A stretch of 64,000 nucleotides of DNA. Origin: Patescibacteria group bacterium (lineage in GTDB: Bacteria; Patescibacteriota; Microgenomatia; UBA8517). A program made the position numbers and the translations under genes. Below, piece after piece: positions 9,001 to 17,968 of this stretch (its first letter is position 1; the number at the start of each line of letters is the position of its first letter). Under the pieces are notes generated by a model. The model made no database searches. It had not been told where the DNA came from and saw nothing but the letters and a program-made list of their open reading frames with translations. The stretch is taken from positions 20,549-84,548 of the forward strand of contig DATDRP010000003.1 of the NCBI GenBank assembly GCA_035291665.1. Reading direction: 5' to 3'.

Positions 9001-10860
9001 TACATCGTCAATCGGGCTAGCGCCACCATCGCTGGGTTTGGTGTCTATGGCAATTCATCAGGCAATATCGTTTTTGGGGTGGATGATGATACTTCCTGGG
9101 GACCGGACGCAACTGTCACCACCACCTCCAATCTGTACAATCAGTCCTGGCATAATATTGTCGCTGTCAAAACCACCACTTCCAAACTGGAAATCTATGT
9201 TGACGGAGTATTGAATAACCAGTCGACAGCCAGTATCCCCACTGGATCTCTCAGTAACGACCTCACTATTTACCTTATGGACCGGGACGGGGCTAACAAT
9301 GGCGACGAATTCATCGGTGATCTGGACGAAACTCAAATTTTTCTTTCCGCCTTGACTGCAGATCAGGTTAAAGTTCTATATAACCAAGGCTCAGCAGTTG
9401 TCTGGGGAGCAACGTCCACCGATTCCTCCGGCAACGCCAGCTGGTCCTCCACAAACGAGTATTGCCCCCCCGGCCAGGGTTCAACTTGCACCGCCCCGAT
9501 TGTCGAATGGAATTTTGATGAAAATACGGGCCAATATGTCTACGACATTTCCGGAAACAATGTTTGGGGTTGCCTTGAAGATGCCAATTGCAGTAGTCCC
9601 ACTGTCGGAACTGAGGATCCGAAATGGTTTCCGGGAAAAATTGGTTCAGCCTTATCTTTTGACGATACGGATGATGCCGTTTTTATTCCTGATAACGCCA
9701 CTATTGATATTGGCACATCCGACTTTTCGATCGAAGCCTGGATATATCTGAATGATTACAGCTCTGCAACAGACGATATGATACTAAACAAAAGAGAAAC
9801 TGGAATAGGTGACTCCTGTACATCGGCGGCTGCCAACGGCTATGCAATAGTTATCTACACTACCGACGAGCTAGCAGTAGACGTATGTGCTAACCCCAAT
9901 GGTTGGGAAATGTACTCGGCAGCCCAGGCACTTCCAGCTGGCGGCTGGCATCATGTTGTTGCTGTTATTAACCGCACTACCTCCACAAATAGTCTAATCT
10001 ATCTTGACGGAATGTCACTTAGCGTTATACGTACAGGAACCATGCCTACTGCAACAATAGCCAACACTTATAATATTTTTCTTGGAGCTCAATATGGCAA
10101 TGGAGACCTGGATTTTAATGGCAAGATCGATCAGATGAAAATCTATAATTACATCCGCACCCCCGCCCAAGTCGCCTGGGATTATAACCGGGGCAAATCA
10201 ACAGGTTGGTGGAAAATGGACGAAAATACCGGAACAACAACAAATGACTCAAGCGGAAATGCTTATCACTCCCAAACATTTAACGGTGCGACTACCTGGA
10301 CAACCGGTAAATACAATACCGCATTGACTTTTGATGGTACCGACGACAATGTCAGAATCACAGAAGGGACAAAAATTGATTTGGGAGCAACCACGGATAA
10401 CTATTCTGTCTCAGCTTGGTTTAAAACGACTACTAACTACACAACGAACCCCGGTGCGATAGTTGCCAAAGATGACGGATCAGGAGTTTACCCCTTCAGC
10501 CTGCAGGTAAATACCTCCGAACAACCCTGCATAGTTATGAATGACGGCTCTGCCCGTACTCTTTGCGGAACATCAACTGTCAATGACGGAAACTGGCATT
10601 TTATTACAGGTGTAAGAGATGTTTCGGGTGATACTACCACCCTTTACATTGACGCCATCAGGGTCAATTACCAAACCGATCCAACAACTGCAACCATGGT
10701 AAATGATGACAATGTCTCCATTGGAAATTCAGGTGCGGGAAGCTATCTCACTAATGATTTCAACGGTCAAATCGACGACGTTAAACTGTGGAATTATGCA
10801 TTAACCATTCAACAAATCAGAACTGAATATACCGGCGGGACGCTGAAATTCGGACCCTGA
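6088..10860 (+). CDS. Giant (1590 aa) secreted multi-LamG (concanavalin-A-like lectin/glucanase fold) repeat protein
   Basis: N-terminal signal-anchor (LILAGLLIFIVLPFAI). At least six repeats of the jelly-roll signature 'G-x-IDEVKIY/IW-x-x-AL-x-x-x-Q/E-I/V' (GFIDEVKIYRSAKTATEV, GRIDEVRFYTRALSPGEI, GDLDETQIFLSALTADQV, GKIDQMKIYNYIRTPAQV, GQIDDVKLWNYALTIQQI). Confidence 0.65.
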   Translation: MIKRIFNGIRRGRRTRLILAGLLIFIVLPFAINTLLNINSQGVRADTFLKFDEGYGTSSAVNDSNGAVSAGSITGGTWKTEDLCFDGKCLYFDGNGDFVSFADDADLDFAGSDSFSLMGWFRHAPFTPSVDIDHETGDTSQYTSLTDPDSDLSVTAAAAQNGTNYGLAVQIDDTTATYGRKDITANTSGIARYSFYFDINNLTMSEAGDEFTFANIYNSGVNSTSFVNVKRFSGVYTLRAAIVDDAGAASYTSYYTITDAPHYVEVELKRASTVSSSDGTVQLWIDGVAQETKTGVDNYDRFNDFWSVRLGAVSSIDAGTSGTFYVDELEIFTGTPQAILAKYEATEVEGGYKVYLENNGRLDCGIDNENTYFPSDSASTNSSNYDDNRWHHFACVKNGTTSLTLYSDGNRVGLDDSITSSTLENNNLFYIGIDGDGAANDYQGFIDEVKIYRSAKTATEVKGDYVKGSTLGETSASFLKDQSPLSDGLVGYWKMDEASGDAADSSGNGVTLTNQSTVSYVGGKFGNSIDLVPASTDYFSTATDINGIQSISFWVYPDDVTANYFISYSDTVYISVSSGTLAANGFTGTFYVNGKASTTLAVSTWQLVTVTFASINAADTYVGRVGTTANYMDGRIDEVRFYTRALSPGEITNLYNWAPGPIAELKFDEGTGETLYDSSGNGYSASAINGNTWVQGKYSKGIWFDGSADYINVSTGFGTFSPSGATSISAWVNSEVTDSARHMILSLTGTNTIFVMNIEENNNRWLAQSGKAGVGGDDCSGTDVITNGTWYHVTGVFADNKIKLYVNGSLVNTCDYNFSLSASDSTNTWHIGNYEENSSLYYYWKGIIDNPKVYNYARTQAQIIEDMNAGHPAPGSPIGSSVAHWKFDEGGLDMCSGLTNDFCDSSLNANDLAFSTTTGGFTNSGKFGRAFNGDGAVWASRADDSDFDVGTDSFTISFWMKSDNSGGSGTQYIVNRASATIAGFGVYGNSSGNIVFGVDDDTSWGPDATVTTTSNLYNQSWHNIVAVKTTTSKLEIYVDGVLNNQSTASIPTGSLSNDLTIYLMDRDGANNGDEFIGDLDETQIFLSALTADQVKVLYNQGSAVVWGATSTDSSGNASWSSTNEYCPPGQGSTCTAPIVEWNFDENTGQYVYDISGNNVWGCLEDANCSSPTVGTEDPKWFPGKIGSALSFDDTDDAVFIPDNATIDIGTSDFSIEAWIYLNDYSSATDDMILNKRETGIGDSCTSAAANGYAIVIYTTDELAVDVCANPNGWEMYSAAQALPAGGWHHVVAVINRTTSTNSLIYLDGMSLSVIRTGTMPTATIANTYNIFLGAQYGNGDLDFNGKIDQMKIYNYIRTPAQVAWDYNRGKSTGWWKMDENTGTTTNDSSGNAYHSQTFNGATTWTTGKYNTALTFDGTDDNVRITEGTKIDLGATTDNYSVSAWFKTTTNYTTNPGAIVAKDDGSGVYPFSLQVNTSEQPCIVMNDGSARTLCGTSTVNDGNWHFITGVRDVSGDTTTLYIDAIRVNYQTDPTTATMVNDDNVSIGNSGAGSYLTNDFNGQIDDVKLWNYALTIQQIRTEYTGGTLKFGP

Positions 10861-11017
10861 TGATAAAACTCCACCCCGCTTACTCTTAATGCATTTATAG
10901 TTTACTCAATTAATATCAATTTAATCGTGTTATAGCCGTTTAATACATGGATATAAGACATCTGTTATTTGCCATTTCATCTACTTGGGTTTTTAAAAGA
11001 ATGTATAATCAGAAAAA

Positions 11018-11614
11018 ATGAGCATCCTGGATCCGAAGGACTTTTCAAATCAGAATTTATCTGACCGTAAAGTTAAAAGTAATAATTTACCCAGAAGATA
11101 TACCCTGCTGATACTTCTTTTTATTCTGACAGTCATTCCTATTATAGCCGGAGTATATTTTTTGATAATTACTCAAAAGAAAAATTTATCTGTAAATAAT
11201 AGTCAAACTACCGGAAGTGAAATTGAAATCCTTACAAAAGAGATTTCAAAAAGCATAATCCTTCCGGATGAAACTCCTGTACTTGCAACTGTGACGGATC
11301 TTGAAAAAGTGAAGGGTCAAATATTTTTTAAAAATGCACAACTCGGAGACAAAGTTCTTATATATATTCAAGCGAAAAAAGCAATCCTTTACCGCCCAAG
11401 TGGTGGTTTGATAGTTGAAATCGGAACAATTGATCAAAAAACAAAAGACATTCCTGTGGGTCAAAATTCTTTTAACGTAACTCCTTTTGTTACCCCGACA
11501 AAGTTTCCCGACGAAAATATGTATATACCTATCACGTCTCCTTCACCCACCTCCAAAGTAACTCCTTCTGCAACTCCATCCGAAAAACCAGTACCTACCA
11601 ATGTGTTGTATTAA
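11018..11614 (+). CDS. Hypothetical membrane-anchored protein with P/T/S-rich C-terminus
   Basis: 198-aa ORF with a single TM helix (LLILLFILTVIPIIAGVYFLII). The C-terminal 'TPTKFPDENMYIPITSPSPTSKVTPSATPSEKPVPT' is low complexity. No recognisable domain. Confidence 0.4.
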   Translation: MSILDPKDFSNQNLSDRKVKSNNLPRRYTLLILLFILTVIPIIAGVYFLIITQKKNLSVNNSQTTGSEIEILTKEISKSIILPDETPVLATVTDLEKVKGQIFFKNAQLGDKVLIYIQAKKAILYRPSGGLIVEIGTIDQKTKDIPVGQNSFNVTPFVTPTKFPDENMYIPITSPSPTSKVTPSATPSEKPVPTNVLY

Positions 11615-12038
11615 AATAAAGTTTTTTTCAGCATTTCGTTGTTTACCAAGAATCGGTATGGTGTAGGTAAGAGTAATATACTATGCCTGGCAAATACTTC
11701 ATTCAATTGAATTAATTAATATTTACAGACGTAAATACGGACTTAATATTTTTCGAATTAAAATAATTCAATCAATTAAATTATTTAAAATTGTTATCTG
11801 TCAAAAAGTGCTTTAATTGCTTCGCTGTGAAAACAACAAAAATAGCTTCATTTGACTATATACTATATATATAAGATATATTCAGTTACTTAAATGATCT
11901 ATTAATATTCATTAATTATACTTATGATATACCGTTTTTGACTCTTGACAGTCCTTATACCGATGTTACAGAATAAAAACTAATAGTTATTCGATTTGAT
12001 TTGCGACTTTTAGATTGATGTAATTAATTTATATTTTT

Positions 12039-14069
12039 ATGGATAAAGTATTTGAAAAAACAGAAAAATATATCCTCTTTGTACTTGTTCTGATTCTACC
12101 CTTTACAGTACTGTCTCTTTCCTCTAATCCGTATGTTGTTACAAAATTGATGATTTTGGTTTTTGGTCTCTCATTATATTTATTTGTTAAAGCTGTAAGA
12201 ATTATTGCTACAGGTAAAATTACATTTAATTCTACTGTTTATGATCTTCCGGTACTCATAATAGTATTTGCAACGGTTATTAGCACCATCTACCGGACAC
12301 CGAATAAAATGGAAGGCTTACTTCTCCCGGGAACAACAACGGCGATCGTAGGAGCGGCACTGCTTTTTTTCGCTCTGAATCAGATAAAGGAGAAAAGCGA
12401 CATGGCGAAAGTGCTTATATTTTCAGGTGCTATTTATGCTCTTTTTATAATACTCGCCTTTTTGGGCGTCTTTGAAAAAATCCCCCAGCTTCCGGCGTAT
12501 CTCCGGTCAAAAACATATTCACCGGAAGGCGGTTATTTACCGTCAATGATCTTTTTGGCATCACTTTTACCAGTTTCAATTGCTTGGATTTTATCGCAAA
12601 AAGAAATCGCAGAAAAAACAAAGTATATTGCCGCGAGTGTATCTATTGTAGCCGGACTATTATTATCTGTTTACCAAATCCTTCCCGGCAGACCCCTTTC
12701 CCCCAGATTCCCGTCAATGGGAGTTTCCTGGAATATTGCAGTTGATTCCTTGAAAGAAAGTCCTGTACTTGGAGTCGGACCGGGAAATTATTTGTCCGCG
12801 TTTAATAGATACCGACCGCTTTCATATAATTCAACCAATCTCTGGGCAATAAAATACGCAACAGCATCTAACTTTTATTTTCAACTTCTTACTGAAACCG
12901 GACTCTTGGGAATAGCCGGATTGATACTTCTCTTGACATCTTTATACAAAGTCACGAAAAAAGATCTGAAAGAAACCACTCTTGTGAAATGGGGTTTTGC
13001 CGCAATCGCACCGGTTGTTTCACTTACCCTGCTATTGATTTTCTTATTTGCCTTCCCGGCAACCGCACTATTGATAGTGATGCTTTTTGTGCTTCTTTCT
13101 CTTGGGGCTAAGACTAGCCACAACAATGTTAATCTGACTGTACAAAGACTGAAAGATGAAGACACGGGAGTCTTTTCCGCATCAAAAGTACTGGCTTATG
13201 CTGTTGCGATTCCGATGGCAGCTGTTGTTATATATGTAGTCTATATCGGAGGCAAAATATTAATTGCCGAGTACTACTTTAAGAGTTCTCTTGAAAATCT
13301 CGTTCAAAACCGCGCCCAGGAAACATATGACTCAATGAGGCAGGCAATTACTCTTAATCCCCGGGTAGACCGATACCGTGCCACATTCTCCAGAGTTGCT
13401 TTGATTCTTGCTGACGCAATTGCCCGAAAACCCGAGATCACAGAAACGGACCGGACAACAATAACTCAACTTATCCAGCTTGCAATCTCAGAAGGTAAAG
13501 CCAATGTTGCTTTGAACCCGAGAAGAGCCGGAAATTGGGAAGCTTTGGCACGAACTTACCAGTCAATCATCCCGCTGGCCAATGGTGCTGATGCATTTGC
13601 CGCTCAATCATTCAGTCAGGCAATCGCACTCGATCCTATCAATCCTAACTATAGAATTGCCCTTGGAGGTCTATACTTCAATTCAAAAGATTATGAAACT
13701 TCAGCGAGAGTCTTTGAATTAGCGGTTGCATCCAAAGACGATCTCCCTAACGCTCACTATAACTTAGCCTTTACTTATAAAGAGTTGAATAAAATTGATG
13801 CGGCAATACAACAAATGAGTACAGTCCTTGGATTGGTCCAGCCGGGAACGCCAGATTATGAAACGGCTCAAAAGGCTCTTGAAGATTTGCAAAATAAAAA
13901 GAAGGAGCTTAGTCCTGCCGCAACCGACAACCTGACTCCCCCTCAGCAGCCGGAAGACTTATTAAAACCAAAAGTAGAACTTCCTGCAGGTGCACAGCCT
14001 CCCGAAAATGTTATCACTCCAACCACTGCTCCGGGAGCAGAAGGCGGACAGGTAACTCCAACTCCATAA
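12039..14069 (+). CDS. Polytopic membrane protein of the Wzy_C (O-antigen ligase / O-oligosaccharyltransferase-like) type with C-terminal TPR repeats
   Basis: About 10 predicted TM helices in the N-terminal 400 aa. The C-terminus has TPR-like repeats (AQSFSQAIALDPINPNYRIALGGLYFNSKDYETSARVFELAV...AHYNLAFTYKELNKIDAA) and a P/Q-rich tail. The Wzy_C family call comes from architecture only. Confidence 0.45.
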   Translation: MDKVFEKTEKYILFVLVLILPFTVLSLSSNPYVVTKLMILVFGLSLYLFVKAVRIIATGKITFNSTVYDLPVLIIVFATVISTIYRTPNKMEGLLLPGTTTAIVGAALLFFALNQIKEKSDMAKVLIFSGAIYALFIILAFLGVFEKIPQLPAYLRSKTYSPEGGYLPSMIFLASLLPVSIAWILSQKEIAEKTKYIAASVSIVAGLLLSVYQILPGRPLSPRFPSMGVSWNIAVDSLKESPVLGVGPGNYLSAFNRYRPLSYNSTNLWAIKYATASNFYFQLLTETGLLGIAGLILLLTSLYKVTKKDLKETTLVKWGFAAIAPVVSLTLLLIFLFAFPATALLIVMLFVLLSLGAKTSHNNVNLTVQRLKDEDTGVFSASKVLAYAVAIPMAAVVIYVVYIGGKILIAEYYFKSSLENLVQNRAQETYDSMRQAITLNPRVDRYRATFSRVALILADAIARKPEITETDRTTITQLIQLAISEGKANVALNPRRAGNWEALARTYQSIIPLANGADAFAAQSFSQAIALDPINPNYRIALGGLYFNSKDYETSARVFELAVASKDDLPNAHYNLAFTYKELNKIDAAIQQMSTVLGLVQPGTPDYETAQKALEDLQNKKKELSPAATDNLTPPQQPEDLLKPKVELPAGAQPPENVITPTTAPGAEGGQVTPTP

Positions 14070-14139
14070 GAGTAAGAGCTAGAGATAGAGAAAGTGTAAG
14101 TTTAATTCCACTTGCAAGGTGGGCAAATCCTCATAATTT

Positions 14140-14165
14140 CTAATTAACCTAATTGACCTAATTTC
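14140..14165. repeat. Perfect inverted copy of the 25-bp element at 6048-6072
   Basis: 'ctaattaacctaattgacctaatttc' at 14140-14165. Followed (14200-14335) by a 'ggaaattggtaattggatat / tttggaatttggttattgg' module shared with island B and, reverse-complemented, island H. Confidence 0.8.
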
Positions 14166-14338
14166 TGTGTTGGAAACAAGAGAACTTGTTCGACATTAAT
14201 AACCAAGCACCAAAATCCAAATAAATTCAAAATCCACGATTCAAGATGAAAGATTGGAGTTTGGAAATTGGTAATTGGATATCATTTGTAATTTGGAATT
14301 TGGTTATTGGTCATTCGTAAACAATTCGTGATCAGTTA

Positions 14339-15013
14339 TTAATCAAAGATGGCGTCAAAGTACTGATATGTAAATCCGCCTCGATTCACCCACTCTGATG
14401 AAAAACTGCCGTTTGTTATTAATTTTTTGAAGTATTTGTATTCCCCATCTGATGCTTCGCGAAGGATAAACCAATCCCCGTCTTTATTCACAAATCCGTA
14501 ATAAGAATTGGAGGGGTCGCTTGTATCATCGAGTTCGGCTATCCGGTAACCGTCTGTCGGCTGTTTGATGGCAGGATCTATTAGATTTCCACCCGAATCC
14601 TTCAAAGCTACCGTTCCGGGACCGGGTGCGCTTCCGAAGAAAGCTGCATGGGCGCGTTTGGTGAAGATTGAAAACATAAACACCGAAAGTCCTGCCGAAC
14701 CGATGAGCTTTAAAAATGCCCTGCGGTCAAGGTCGAACTTCCGGTTTTCGGGAATCACATCTGCCTCAAGAAGCTCAACCTCATCGCTTCCGGAACCTTT
14801 TTTCTTACTCTTTTTTATTGCCGGAACCGTCGAAATTTTTTGAATAGTTAACGCTTTCGATCTTTTGGGGGTAATCAGAAATCCAAAATATACTAAAAGC
14901 GGTAAGAATATTAACGTTGCAGTAAGCTGGATTGGAGAAGACACGTATGATATCCCCACCAATAACATGAGTGTTACTACAATAAAATTGTAATAAATTA
15001 TCAATTTCTTCAT
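14339..15013 (-). CDS. Hypothetical membrane protein with an internal twin-arginine-like motif
   Basis: 224 aa. Two N-terminal TM helices, then 'DRRAFLKLIGSAGLSVFMFSIFTKRAHA', which is a canonical RRxFLK Tat motif + h-region + AxA, located ~105 aa from the N-terminus. C-terminal globular domain unassigned. Confidence 0.45.
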   Translation of the reverse strand: MKKLIIYYNFIVVTLMLLVGISYVSSPIQLTATLIFLPLLVYFGFLITPKRSKALTIQKISTVPAIKKSKKKGSGSDEVELLEADVIPENRKFDLDRRAFLKLIGSAGLSVFMFSIFTKRAHAAFFGSAPGPGTVALKDSGGNLIDPAIKQPTDGYRIAELDDTSDPSNSYYGFVNKDGDWFILREASDGEYKYFKKLITNGSFSSEWVNRGGFTYQYFDAIFD

Positions 15014-15052
15014 AAATTCAGGCTGACTGCGCTAATGTAATTTTTTACGCTG

Positions 15053-15784
15053 TCACAAAATTTTTATATATTTATCAAGAACAAATCCGTAAATGTTCGA
15101 ATCTAAAACAATTTCATACCAATTGTTCTTATACTCTACATATCCGTATTCTTCACCGTCATTTGCTTTTTTGATAATTTCAAACCCCGTGGAAGGGCCT
15201 GTTCGTATATTGACATAACCAAGGTTTGCCGGAGCAATAATTTTCAACTTGCCTGCAACTTCCCGTTCCGGCTTTTGGGAAACGCTGCCGCTTTCAGTAC
15301 TAACCAAAGTATTATTCTCATTTGAAAACGTTTTCTCCCATTTAGCCGGTTCTGGTTCATGATCTTTTTGTGACTTTACTTTATCGATATTTTTTACTCC
15401 GAGTGCAAAAAATATCATAAAAAGAAAAATCATGATAATAATATTCTTCCTGCCCAGCTTTACCTCTGGGTTTAAGCCTTTTTTAACACTGGCTGTAGTT
15501 TTTACCAAAGTTATAAGAAGGTATAAAGGAACAGGAAGAAATACGAATTGAAAAATTAAAGTTTTTATATCTTTTGAATTAGCAAACCCGCTGATGCTTA
15601 AAAAAATCGCAAGAATTGTGCATATGAACATAAAACCAATACCGGAAAAACTGGCCAGTTTACCTTCTTTTTTCGAAGAAATTCGGGAAGCGTAATTACC
15701 GGGATTGGAAATGGCGGTTTTTTCTATTTTGGAATCATCCGAAACGGGGTGATTCGATTTCTCATTAAGGACAGTATTCTTCAT
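15053..15784 (-). CDS. Membrane-anchored protein with C-terminal SH3b (bacterial SH3) domain
   Basis: TM helices in the N-terminal half. C-terminal 'GYVNIRTGPSTGFEIIKKANDGEEYGYVEYKNNWYEIVL...GFVLDKYI' has the SH3_3 pattern. Confidence 0.5.
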   Translation of the reverse strand: MKNTVLNEKSNHPVSDDSKIEKTAISNPGNYASRISSKKEGKLASFSGIGFMFICTILAIFLSISGFANSKDIKTLIFQFVFLPVPLYLLITLVKTTASVKKGLNPEVKLGRKNIIIMIFLFMIFFALGVKNIDKVKSQKDHEPEPAKWEKTFSNENNTLVSTESGSVSQKPEREVAGKLKIIAPANLGYVNIRTGPSTGFEIIKKANDGEEYGYVEYKNNWYEIVLDSNIYGFVLDKYIKIL

Positions 15785-15794
15785 TGGGTATTTA

Positions 15795-16553
15795 TTACTG
15801 TTTATTTGTTTCTCTCAGATACGGAAAATTGGTCCAGCCAACTGTTCCGTCAAGAAGTTTTATTTGATACCAATTGGCCTCTTTTTTCAAATACTCATAA
15901 ATAAGGCCATATTCCATCTTACCTATAATTTTTGAATTGTTGAGCTTTTGTTCATAGACATCACAGGTTGCGTATTTTGAATCAGATAAAGTAAGGTATC
16001 CCAAAAGCGGTGCTTCTGTCGGGGTTGGCGTAACATCCGCCTGGTTTTCCAAGGTCGCCAAAAGATCGGCCAGTTTAGTCACATCACCTGAAACTCCCAG
16101 GATTTCATTCAAACTCCTTTGTTCTGCCCGGATTTGCGAAAGCTCCTCTTTGATTGAAGATAATTCTTTGGTAATTCCGGAGTTATCGTCTTTGGCGGTG
16201 CTTACAGTTGCCTCCTTGGTGCTGGCAGCTTCGGTATCTGTTGAAAGAACCTGTTTATTATCAGACGTCAGAGGTAATTTCCTTGTTCCGTTTATAAAAT
16301 AAGAAACAGCTCCTGTTATGATTATCAAAACCATAACCGTTAACAGTTTGGCAGCACTAATTGGAGTTGCGTTTTTAGCAAAAGCATTATCTTTTACTTT
16401 TCCTGCACGAATCCCGGTAAAAGCCAATACCGGAACAAACATGGAAAGCAGTATCACATTTACCGGCATCGGGAAAAACAGTATTGTAACAACAAAAAAT
16501 ACAACTGTAAAAATTAACAGATAGTAATAAAGAAATTTATCTATTTTCCCCAT
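15795..16553 (-). CDS. Membrane-anchored protein with C-terminal SH3b domain (paralog-like neighbour of 15053..15784)
   Basis: N-terminal TM helices, central coiled-coil (EELSQIRAEQRSLNEILG), and a C-terminal 'GKMEYGLIYEYLKKEANWYQIKLLDGTVGWTNFPYL' SH3b-like segment. Confidence 0.45.
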   Translation of the reverse strand: MGKIDKFLYYYLLIFTVVFFVVTILFFPMPVNVILLSMFVPVLAFTGIRAGKVKDNAFAKNATPISAAKLLTVMVLIIITGAVSYFINGTRKLPLTSDNKQVLSTDTEAASTKEATVSTAKDDNSGITKELSSIKEELSQIRAEQRSLNEILGVSGDVTKLADLLATLENQADVTPTPTEAPLLGYLTLSDSKYATCDVYEQKLNNSKIIGKMEYGLIYEYLKKEANWYQIKLLDGTVGWTNFPYLRETNKQ

Positions 16554-16786
16554 GATTCATTTTAACAAACAACAAGCTACTAATTAACTGCTAATTTAAA
16601 ATCACTAATTAATACAAATTCCTATTCGTGATAATTCGCGTTTCCCATTAGTGAGTAATTCGTGATTATAATACAATTGCAATTCGTGAACCTAATATCT
16701 TAATATCGAATCACCTAGTATCTTTTTTGGTAATTCGTAGCCAACTCTTGCAATTTATATCTTTTTGGCCTATATAATGACTAAAT

Positions 16787-17293
16787 ATGAAAAAAGAATA
16801 TACACTCCTTTTTATTGCAGGACTTTTTCTTCTTGCCTACTTACTTGATGCAGTTGTAAACCCGCTTGGCGTCCGACTGCCAACACCTTACCATTACTTT
16901 ACGGGTGAATACCTTTACAAATATCCATTTACAACAGCATCAATTGTCATTAAAGCAATAGGTCTTTTTCTTACACCTCTTTGGCTCTTTTCGTTCATGG
17001 GGAAAAAATATTTCCTGAAAGGCATCATCTTATTGATACTGGCTGTTTTAATGCAATTGTACGCTCTCCAGGATATCGTTACGCGTGCAGCAGTAGTACC
17101 GATTGAGTGGTCTTTATCAATTTCGATGGCCGGTGTCGCCCTTTTCATTCCTGTAGTATTATTTCTCTTCGGCGGCATTATCGCAAAAATCTTTGGCTTG
17201 GATAAGGAAGAGTTGGATGCAGAAGAAGAAGATGATGACGAAGGTATATTAACCGGTGAGAGTGAAAGTGAAACAAAAGAAACTCAAGGCTAA
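16787..17293 (+). CDS. Hypothetical polytopic membrane protein with acidic C-terminal tail
   Basis: 168 aa with 4 hydrophobic helices. C-terminal 'EELDAEEEDDDEGILTGESESETKE'. Confidence 0.4.
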   Translation: MKKEYTLLFIAGLFLLAYLLDAVVNPLGVRLPTPYHYFTGEYLYKYPFTTASIVIKAIGLFLTPLWLFSFMGKKYFLKGIILLILAVLMQLYALQDIVTRAAVVPIEWSLSISMAGVALFIPVVLFLFGGIIAKIFGLDKEELDAEEEDDDEGILTGESESETKETQG

Positions 17294-17345
17294 ATCCTCA
17301 AATCAATAAGGGTTATTTTTCCCAAGAAAAAGTGTATTACAAAAG

Positions 17346-17747
17346 TCAATTATTGTTCCTTGCTTGTTGAGCCCGGGTAACAAGATTCCATACAAATTTT
17401 TGACCGACTACCACCAGAACTCCGAGATATAAAGCCCATCTCCAACCAGAAATACCGAATCCCAGTACGTTTGCCACACGGGTAATTAACCATATTCCAA
17501 GTGAGTTTACAACCCAAAAATAAATCCAGGTGACCGTTCCCGCTTCATATTTTATTCCCCGTGACATAATAATATCCCAAGCTGTCCAAACCAATACCGT
17601 CAGCCAAAAGGACGAATAAATTGCCGCTTCAACTGTTGTAAATTTCCAAGTTCCAAAGACAAAATCATTCGGAAAAGCCTTACCCGCGAAATAAAAAAGT
17701 AAGAAGTTTATCAGCCAAAATGCAAGATATAATACGTGGTTATACAT
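17346..17747 (-). CDS. Hypothetical small membrane protein
   Basis: 133-aa ORF with 4 predicted TM helices and several aromatic residues. No recognised family. Confidence 0.35.
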   Translation of the reverse strand: MYNHVLYLAFWLINFLLFYFAGKAFPNDFVFGTWKFTTVEAAIYSSFWLTVLVWTAWDIIMSRGIKYEAGTVTWIYFWVVNSLGIWLITRVANVLGFGISGWRWALYLGVLVVVGQKFVWNLVTRAQQARNNN

Positions 17748-17799
17748 TATTTTCTCTCACCTCCCTCAAGAATATAGTATAACAACTTTACCGAAGGTA

Positions 17800-17968
17800 A
17801 AGAAGAGAAAAGATATTGATTGTAAGCGGTAGGAAGTGAGATGTGAGAAGTGAGTTGTGAGTGATGGGTAATTAGTCTTAAGTATCCAGTTGTACGCGGT
17901 AAGTTGTAGGTTGTAGGAAGTGAGTTGTAGTAAATTAGTAGTAATTCGTGATAATAATTCGTGACTAA
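17800..17968. repeat. Composite intergenic repeat island A (GT-rich C-depleted module + AATTCGTGA array)
   Basis: 'ggtaggaagtgagatgtgagaagtgagttgtgagtgatgggtaattag...gtaagttgtaggttgtaggaagtgagttgtag...gtaattcgtgataataattcgtgactaattagtgattcac'. Almost no C on the + strand. Confidence 0.7.

Noticed and set aside
5657-10860. Diversity-generating retroelement (Avd-like four-helix-bundle gene next to lectin-fold giant proteins).
   Set aside because: No reverse transcriptase ORF anywhere in the window. No TR/VR pair with adenine-specific mismatches: the only long internal repeat (2020-3620) differs by all substitution types.
14100-14125. Hairpin CCACTTGCAAGGTGG after gene 12039..14069, read as an intrinsic terminator.
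   Set aside because: Short imperfect stem with a G-U pair and no downstream T-tract.
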